NCBI GenBank assembly: GCA_003979345.1
Contig: RYVZ01000019.1
Span: forward strand, 499-64,498
Direction of reading: 5' to 3'
Source: Lachnospiraceae bacterium
GTDB taxonomy: Bacteria; Bacillota; Clostridia; Lachnospirales; Lachnospiraceae
DNA: 64,000 nucleotides
Below, in pieces: positions 57,808-64,000 of the stretch. The notes under the pieces are model-generated. The model searched no databases. It had not been told where the DNA came from and worked only from the letters and a program-made list of their open reading frames with translations. How positions within the stretch are numbered: the stretch's first letter is position 1; each line of letters starts with the position of its first letter. The translations under genes were made by a program, and so were the position numbers.

Positions 57808-58538
57808 GTCCGTATTCCGTCCCCTTTCCTTACTTTGTCCCCGCCCGTATAGTATTCGATGAATTGCCTGTTCACATCCTTATACAGCCGCCTCGACAAT
57901 GGAATTTCTTCTCCACCGTCCAATGTAACCGCTGTTTTGGAAATACTGCGGACAAATTTCAGATTCACAAGATAGGAACGGTGGGAACGGATGAATCCCC
58001 TGATATTTTCAAACCCGCCGATGCTGTCCTTACAGTCCAGCACGGTTTTATCCGCTAAATGAACCTCTGTATTTCTGCCAAAAGCTTCGATAAAAACGAT
58101 ATTCCCGACAGCAACGTGTACTTTCTTTTCAGCGGCAGAAATGAGAATCTCATCACGTATCTCCCGCCTTCTGACATAACGGTCAAGAACTGAAAACAGT
58201 TTTTCTTTTTCCACGGGTTTTAACAGATAGTGAAGTGCCTCCACATCATATCCCTCTGACATGAATTCAGAATATCCGGTTATAAATAAAACGGGCAGTT
58301 TATCTCCCTCTGCGCGAAGCTTTTTTGCAAGTTCTATTCCGTTTATCCCATTCATCTCGATATCAAGGAGCAACAGATCACACGGTCTGTCCGCATACTC
58401 AAATAAAAACTGCTCCGCGCTCTCGTAACCCGCAATATTGACCGCGAACGGCTTGTCCGATGCCCACTCACCGATCAGCCTCCTCAAATAAGTGATCTGA
58501 TCTTCCTCATCATCGCAAAGTGCGATCGTGACAGACAT
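57804..58538 (-). CDS. LytR/AlgR-family response regulator (REC + LytTR)
   Basis: REC domain (CDDEE, LLLDIEM) and a LytTR C-terminus (IRSHRSYLVNL). GGAGG precedes the ATG at 58538. Confidence 0.9.
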   Translation of the reverse strand: MSVTIALCDDEEDQITYLRRLIGEWASDKPFAVNIAGYESAEQFLFEYADRPCDLLLLDIEMNGINGIELAKKLRAEGDKLPVLFITGYSEFMSEGYDVEALHYLLKPVEKEKLFSVLDRYVRRREIRDEILISAAEKKVHVAVGNIVFIEAFGRNTEVHLADKTVLDCKDSIGGFENIRGFIRSHRSYLVNLKFVRSISKTAVTLDGGEEIPLSRRLYKDVNRQFIEYYTGGDKVRKGDGIRT

Positions 58539-58694
58539 TGTGAACACCTCCCTTCTCCATCTGCCTGTATCTAAGCTCCCGCAGTGATCCGGCTCTTTGA
58601 CCTCCGCTGGCAATGAGCATTTTTGAAATACCTTTTCATATTATCAGATTTCGCAAACTCTGTCATTGACTTTTTGAATAATAAAAGACGCTTA

Positions 58695-58738
58695 AAAAAG
58701 GCAGTACAGCCCCTTTCACCGGGGTTATACCGCCTTTT
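58695..58738 (-). terminator. terminator after the NCS2 permease gene
   Basis: Nested hairpin GGCGGTATA-CCCC...GGGC-TACTGCC followed by TTTTTTAAG on the minus strand. Confidence 0.6.
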
Positions 58739-58760
58739 CTAAATTACTTTCTGCTCCTTT

Positions 58761-60158
58761 TTAGTGCGTGACAAAGAACATCACCGTAAACAGAATTCCA
58801 ATCACCCATGTTCCGATCTTGATATCTTTTACTTTTCCGGTAAACAGCTTAATAAAGATATAAGAAATCAGACCAAACGCGATACCGTAGCTGATATTGT
58901 AGGTCATCGGCATCATGGCAACCGCCATAAACGCCGGAACCGCGGCCTCAATATCCTTCCAGTCGATCTCTCTGACACAGTTCATCATCAGAATACCGAC
59001 GTAGATGAGCGCCGCCGCCGTCGCCGCACCCGGAATCAGCTTTGCGATCGGGCTTAAGAACATCGCAATAAAGAAGAACGCACCCGTCGCGATCGCTGCA
59101 AGACCGGTTCTGCCGCCCTCTGCCACGCCTGCGGAAGATTCCACAAACGTTGTCACCGTCGAGGTACCGCAGACAGCGCCGCAGGTCGTAGCAACCGCAT
59201 CCGCAAGCATTGCCTTATCCATGTTCGGTACTTCGCCATCTTTCGTGAGAAGCCCGCCCCTTGCGCAGGCACCGTAGAGCGTGCCGAGCGTATCAAACAT
59301 ATCGACCATACAGAATGCAAGCGCTGTCGTCGCGATCAGCACGATCAGCTCCAAAGAGCTGTGGCCTTCAAGATAGGCGGAAAAATCAAAGCCTTCCGTG
59401 AATACCTTTATGAATGCCTGAGAAAAGAAGTCCCCGAACGCACCGACCGGATTCATGCTGAAATTAGCGCCGAATCCGTCGTAAAAACCGGAGATCGTAA
59501 AACCAAGTACATAGTAGACAACCGAGCCTCCGAGAATTCCCCAGAGTACGGAGCCTCTGATCTTCTTGATGGACATTACCGCGATCGCGATCAGCGAAAA
59601 GATCGTGACCAGGAGCGGCATCACACTCGCCCATGTAGCCGTACCGTTAAATACATTAAAGCTCGCAAGAGATACGCAGGTCGATGCATTGTTTACGACC
59701 AGCCCGGCATTCTGAAGACCGATAAATGCGATAAACAGTCCGATACCAGCCGGAATCGCAATGCGCACGCATTTCGGGATCGCCTCGAATATCTTTTTGC
59801 GAAGACCTGTCATCGTTAGCACAATAAAAATAATACCGTCAAGCAGAACGAGCAGCAGCGCATTGGCATACGTTAAACCGAATCCAAAGCATACCGTATA
59901 GACAAAAAATGCATTAAGTCCCATACCGGATGCCTGCGCGAGAGGCAGATTCGCCAAAAGACCGATCAGAACCGTACCGATGACTGCGGAAATTGCCGTT
60001 GCGATATAGATCGCATCAAAGGATACCGTGCCGAGCTCAGCGAACATGCCGGGATTGACGAGCAGGATGTACGCCATTGCCATAAAGGTCGTCAAGCCCG
60101 CGAGAACTTCGGTTCTCACCGTAGAGCCGTTCTCTTTCACTTTGAAAAATTTTTCCAT
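58761..60158 (-). CDS. NCS2-family nucleobase permease (AzgA/PbuG-like adenine-guanine-hypoxanthine transporter)
   Basis: 465 aa with ~13 TM helices. The N-terminus FKVKENGSTVRTEVLAGLTTFMAMAYIL is typical of the AzgA/PbuG clade. Confidence 0.92.
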   Translation of the reverse strand: MEKFFKVKENGSTVRTEVLAGLTTFMAMAYILLVNPGMFAELGTVSFDAIYIATAISAVIGTVLIGLLANLPLAQASGMGLNAFFVYTVCFGFGLTYANALLLVLLDGIIFIVLTMTGLRKKIFEAIPKCVRIAIPAGIGLFIAFIGLQNAGLVVNNASTCVSLASFNVFNGTATWASVMPLLVTIFSLIAIAVMSIKKIRGSVLWGILGGSVVYYVLGFTISGFYDGFGANFSMNPVGAFGDFFSQAFIKVFTEGFDFSAYLEGHSSLELIVLIATTALAFCMVDMFDTLGTLYGACARGGLLTKDGEVPNMDKAMLADAVATTCGAVCGTSTVTTFVESSAGVAEGGRTGLAAIATGAFFFIAMFLSPIAKLIPGAATAAALIYVGILMMNCVREIDWKDIEAAVPAFMAVAMMPMTYNISYGIAFGLISYIFIKLFTGKVKDIKIGTWVIGILFTVMFFVTH

Positions 60159-60344
60159 TTGTTCTCTCCCTTTCCTATGTATTGTGGAATATGATAGGGC
60201 AGACCACTATATGTGGATGCCATTTACTCTCTTACCCTATCACAATCATTTGTTTTGTGCAATGTTTCTTTTGAAAAAACTTAAAATTTTATAAAATTTC
60301 TAAAAAATCCATTCCGGTCATGCCAGTGTCCTTCAGAAATATGC

Positions 60345-61850
60345 TTAAATGATGATGCAGACCATTTTTCCGTTGCTGTCGTTGACGATCTGCTGCATCG
60401 TATCTTGCAGTTTGACCTGACTTTCCTCCCCGAGCATTGATATTTTGGATTGAATGCCGTCTTCGACGAGCTGCTCGACCGTTTTCCCGAAAATATTCGT
60501 ATCCCAAATACCGCCCTCGTTATCCGCTTCCGTTTTCATGAACTGCATCAGGTCTTTCGCCTGCTCCTCCGTGCCGACGATCGGCGCGATCTCCGTCTCG
60601 ATATTGGCGCGGATCAGATGCACGGACGGGCTCATCGCCTTCATCTTTACGCCGAATTTATTTCCATGGCGGATGACCTCAGGCGCCTCTAAGCTGATTT
60701 CTTCTTTCTCCGGCAGCACCACACCGTAGCCGCATTGTTTAACAGCACGGACTGCCTCTGCATACTTGTCGTATTCTTTCTTGCGCGCCGCCATTTCTTT
60801 TAATTTGGAGAGTAGTTCATATTCTCCGGAAACGGGCTCCTGCATGATCTCGCTGAGCATTTTATAATAATACATATCGTCCACGCCGATTTCATACGAA
60901 GCGGAACCGTTGGACAACTCAATTCCTTCATTTTTCAGCTTCTTTATGTACTCGCATTCTTCTTTTTCCCCATCCATCACCTCGCGAAGCTGCCGCATAT
61001 TTCCGATCGGCATCGCAAGCTTCCGGATATATTCAATAATGCCCGCCTTCATCTCATGGTCATCTGAGAGCATCTCCACCCACTTCGGCATATAAAAACG
61101 AAGTACTTTGATCGGAAATTCCAACAAAATCTGTTCCATAAGAGAATGTATATCACTCTTTTTTAATTGTTCCACATTCATCGGAAGGGCGCGTACGCCG
61201 TATGTTTCGCTCAAAGAAGCCGCCGTCTGTTTTGCCTCCTCGCCGTACGGCTTCGTTGTATTAACGATCACAATGAACGGTTTCCCGATCGACTTTAATT
61301 CCCGTATCGTGCGTTCCTCCGCATCCCGGTAATTATCACGCGCGATTTCTCCAAAGCTTCCGTCTGTCGTGATCACGATGCCGATATTAGAATGATCGCG
61401 GATGACTTTTTCCGTGCCGATCTCTGCCGCCTGTGTAAACGGGATTTCATAGTCAAACCACGGCGTATGCACCATCCGCTCGGCGTCTTCTTCCATATGT
61501 CCCACCGCACCCTCGACCATATAACCAACGCAGTCGATCAGACGCACTTTCATTTCCATGCTGCCGCCCATATTGACAGAGACCGCCTGCTTTGGAATGA
61601 ATTTCGGCTCGGTCGTCGTGATCGTTTTTCCTCCCGAACTCTGCGGAAGCTCATCCATTGTACGCACACGTTCATTTTCATCCGTTATCATCGGCAGCAC
61701 CAGTTCATCCATGAAATGCTTAATGAAAGTAGATTTGCCGGTTCTTACGGGGCCGACAACGCCGATATAAAGCTCCCCGTTTGTCCTGCGGTTCATATCA
61801 TCATAAATATCATAGGTATTCGTGCCGGAAGCACCCGTTCGATTCTCCAT
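60345..61850 (-). CDS. spoIVA: stage IV sporulation protein A
   Basis: YIGVVGPVRTGKSTFIKHFM Walker A with full-length colinearity to SpoIVA. RBS AGGAGG. Confidence 0.95.
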   Translation of the reverse strand: MENRTGASGTNTYDIYDDMNRRTNGELYIGVVGPVRTGKSTFIKHFMDELVLPMITDENERVRTMDELPQSSGGKTITTTEPKFIPKQAVSVNMGGSMEMKVRLIDCVGYMVEGAVGHMEEDAERMVHTPWFDYEIPFTQAAEIGTEKVIRDHSNIGIVITTDGSFGEIARDNYRDAEERTIRELKSIGKPFIVIVNTTKPYGEEAKQTAASLSETYGVRALPMNVEQLKKSDIHSLMEQILLEFPIKVLRFYMPKWVEMLSDDHEMKAGIIEYIRKLAMPIGNMRQLREVMDGEKEECEYIKKLKNEGIELSNGSASYEIGVDDMYYYKMLSEIMQEPVSGEYELLSKLKEMAARKKEYDKYAEAVRAVKQCGYGVVLPEKEEISLEAPEVIRHGNKFGVKMKAMSPSVHLIRANIETEIAPIVGTEEQAKDLMQFMKTEADNEGGIWDTNIFGKTVEQLVEDGIQSKISMLGEESQVKLQDTMQQIVNDSNGKMVCIII

Positions 61851-61953
61851 ATAAAAACCTCCTGCAAATACTGGTTCATGTATATGCAGAAGGTTTTCCG
61901 GTTATGCCTGTTTGCGCATGGCACGGGCTGCCCAACAGTTGTTAAATTTCTAT

Positions 61954-64000
61954 TTATTCTTCCCGCATTGACTTCTGCTCTCCATAGAGCACGCCCCGGC
62001 TGCCGGTCGCGACAAAAAAGCGCCCGAACGTCCTGCAGTCCCCGTCAATGCTGTTGATCTCGCCATACATCTGATCTTGTGTATTGATGCGCTCTACGCT
62101 TCCCATCTCGTCAAAGGACCTGTAGAAACCATATTCGCCGTCAATATCTCCACAGAAATAGACTGCCTTTTCGTCTTTCCTGTAATCACTTCCCTTATGG
62201 TGAAGCCCGAGTCCCATGCGATAGACAGCATCCCCGTCCTTCGACAGCTTCGTCAGTCCGATCTGATCATTTTCTTTTTTATAACAGTATTTCCAAAGTC
62301 CGTACACACCGAGCGCCAGATAGAATACGCCGCTCTTTCCCGCTTCTCCGCGCACCTCTGTTCTGTTCTTCGTGTCAATGATGCCAAAGTCCACTACCGG
62401 AAATTCCTTCGGAACGGCATATTGCATAAAACTTGCTCCGCTGTCCCGGCTTATATAAAGCTGAGACAGTTCTCCAAATCCGTAAAATAAGGTACTGTCC
62501 ATACGGTCGGAAAATACTTTCAGCTTTCCTTCCGTCACCTCGTCTCCTGCGGTATTAAACACATGTACCTTGGAAAAATGCAATCCGCCGTCATGACTGA
62601 CGATCACTCCTGCTATCGGCAGATCGAGCCATTCTGCGACCGACCAGACGATATGCCTGCAGTCCGGACTCATTGCCACCCAGCCGGAATTTACGTTCGG
62701 ATGCTCGATCTGTACAAGCTGCCCGTCAAGATATTCTGATATCCCATAGGGCATCGGCAGTCTCGTAAAGCTTTTGCACTGATCCTCGGATAAAATCAAT
62801 CCGCCCCTGGTCTTCCCTGTCCAGTTGCCCCGCGGCGTCACGATCACGCGTTCGGGATGTTCATCAGAAAAATCCGCATTGATGCAGGTGATATAGCGGT
62901 TCCCGTCCTCATCCGCAAACGAATTTTCACACGGCTTATTTAAGTCCGTAAACGCAAATCCGCCCAAATCTCCGACAATATCGATGCACTGCACCTCTCC
63001 TTCCGGCGGACTGTATACATTTAAGTGCACCGTCTCTTCAATGCCTTCACAACAGTCGCAAAAGCTGCGGTTTGTACTAAGAAGATTCTCTGTCTTAAAT
63101 ACACCCGTTCCGGAATTAAACCACATCTCATTCGGATCGAACGGATTAATTTTCACGTCACTCAGCCAGTGTATGAGGGAATGCCCGCCGTTATATTCTT
63201 TTTTCATATAAGGAGTATGAAACTGCAGATTGCCAATACCTAAGTCATGCAGCACCACCTGCCAGTTTTCCCCGTAATCGTTTGACAGATACAACTTATC
63301 CCCGTTCTCCCGGCAGATCGTGCTGAGTACCAGAAGCCCCGGTTTTGCCGCGCAGCTCGAAATACCCGAAAACCCGAACCGGTACTGTGGATGTCTGCGG
63401 TCCACAATGCCGTCCGCCGACGGAAAGATCAGCTCATCCTCCAGCATCGGATGATTTTTGGAGAGCATGACCGTATTGACAGCCCCCGGCGTGATCTCCT
63501 CATAAACCGATATATGACCATTCTTCAAAAAATTATAACGCGCTACGCGCCCGCCAATCGTATCTCCGGAATCACAGCTATACCCGTTTTCCACCACATA
63601 GGATCGAACGCCGGTCTGTGCAAACGTCACATATAGATATTTTCCATCATAGTCATAGCGCTGCGCCACAAGCCCCGGAAATCTTGACTCTGATAATAAA
63701 TATTGCTCCGGTTCCGGAAGCTCCTCAAAATGCATTCCTCCATCATATGATACATACATGGAATGCCCTCTGGTTCCATCGGCATTTTTCGTTGTCACGC
63801 CTGCTGTCCCGACAACAAGACAGGTATCCTCCGGATTGGTCCAGACAAACGTCAGATATTTTTCACCACAGACATCACTCTGCGTCCAGCTCGTACCCAG
63901 ATCATGACTGATCAGCAGTCCGCCCTGCTGACTTGCAAAATAAATGGTATTGCTGTCCTGCTCAGATATGACCATGCGCAGACCAGTCCCACGGCCATTT
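61954..64000 (-). CDS. BNR/Asp-box repeat beta-propeller protein (GH74/sialidase-like), 5' end outside the window
   Basis: Five Asp-box-like motifs: SHDLGTSW, SYDGGMHF, SNDYGENW, SHDGGLHF, SRDSGASF. The reading frame stays open upstream of the listed ATG (63975) to the window edge. Confidence 0.6.
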   Translation of the reverse strand, partial: NGRGTGLRMVISEQDSNTIYFASQQGGLLISHDLGTSWTQSDVCGEKYLTFVWTNPEDTCLVVGTAGVTTKNADGTRGHSMYVSYDGGMHFEELPEPEQYLLSESRFPGLVAQRYDYDGKYLYVTFAQTGVRSYVVENGYSCDSGDTIGGRVARYNFLKNGHISVYEEITPGAVNTVMLSKNHPMLEDELIFPSADGIVDRRHPQYRFGFSGISSCAAKPGLLVLSTICRENGDKLYLSNDYGENWQVVLHDLGIGNLQFHTPYMKKEYNGGHSLIHWLSDVKINPFDPNEMWFNSGTGVFKTENLLSTNRSFCDCCEGIEETVHLNVYSPPEGEVQCIDIVGDLGGFAFTDLNKPCENSFADEDGNRYITCINADFSDEHPERVIVTPRGNWTGKTRGGLILSEDQCKSFTRLPMPYGISEYLDGQLVQIEHPNVNSGWVAMSPDCRHIVWSVAEWLDLPIAGVIVSHDGGLHFSKVHVFNTAGDEVTEGKLKVFSDRMDSTLFYGFGELSQLYISRDSGASFMQYAVPKEFPVVDFGIIDTKNRTEVRGEAGKSGVFYLALGVYGLWKYCYKKENDQIGLTKLSKDGDAVYRMGLGLHHKGSDYRKDEKAVYFCGDIDGEYGFYRSFDEMGSVERINTQDQMYGEINSIDGDCRTFGRFFVATGSRGVLYGEQKSMREE

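Noticed and set aside
60159-60344. Canonical guanine/adenine riboswitch upstream of the NCS2 permease
   Set aside because: The conserved junction sequences of the purine aptamer are absent. It is kept only as an unclassified structured leader in the findings.
1-64000. Prophage, transposon, integrative element or known defence island
   Set aside because: No integrase, transposase, recombinase, terminase, capsid, restriction-modification, Cas or other defence signature proteins were recognised. No flanking direct repeats or tRNA integration sites were seen. Only the 19.6-21.5 kb module shows a compositional anomaly.

Overview
This window looks like a chromosomal segment of a spore-forming Firmicute of class Clostridia. 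Gene content and roughly 50% GC resemble Lachnospiraceae, but the species cannot be determined by eye. I support about 60 protein genes, more than 90% of them on the minus strand, and most are housekeeping.

Contents by function:
- Aminoacyl-tRNA synthetases: tyrS (behind a Tyr-specific T-box leader), leuS and gltX; also tyrA.
- Nucleotide metabolism: nrdDG, dut, cdd, a purine nucleoside phosphorylase, an MtaD-like deaminase and an NCS2 nucleobase permease.
- DNA metabolism: xth, a UvrD-like helicase, rnhA and a MutS-related ATPase.
- Sporulation: cotJABC, spoIVA and an orphan GerA/SpoVAF-family gene.
- Signalling and export: three two-component systems, two ABC-2 exporter modules, a PilZ protein and a RelP/RelQ-type small alarmone synthetase.

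I recognised no rRNA, tRNA, CRISPR array, transposase, integrase or phage structural gene, and I found no canonical defence or mobile system.

The most unusual items:
1. A tightly packed minus-strand operon at 29.9-33.9 kb. It encodes a GlgX-like protein whose GH13 catalytic motifs all look substituted, a His-rich unknown protein, a small cysteine-rich tandem-repeat protein and a lactonase-type beta-propeller.
2. A markedly AT-rich, terminator-bounded two-gene module at 19.6-21.5 kb: an HTH-fused APH-fold kinase coupled to a small RsmC-like methyltransferase.
3. 2.5 copies of a 40-nt hairpin repeat in the xth 5' region.
4. A WYL regulator, an unlisted 54-aa membrane ORF, rnhA and a membrane-anchored MutS paralog, all next to nrdDG and dut.

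All novelty statements are hypotheses drawn from motif reading. No database search was possible.
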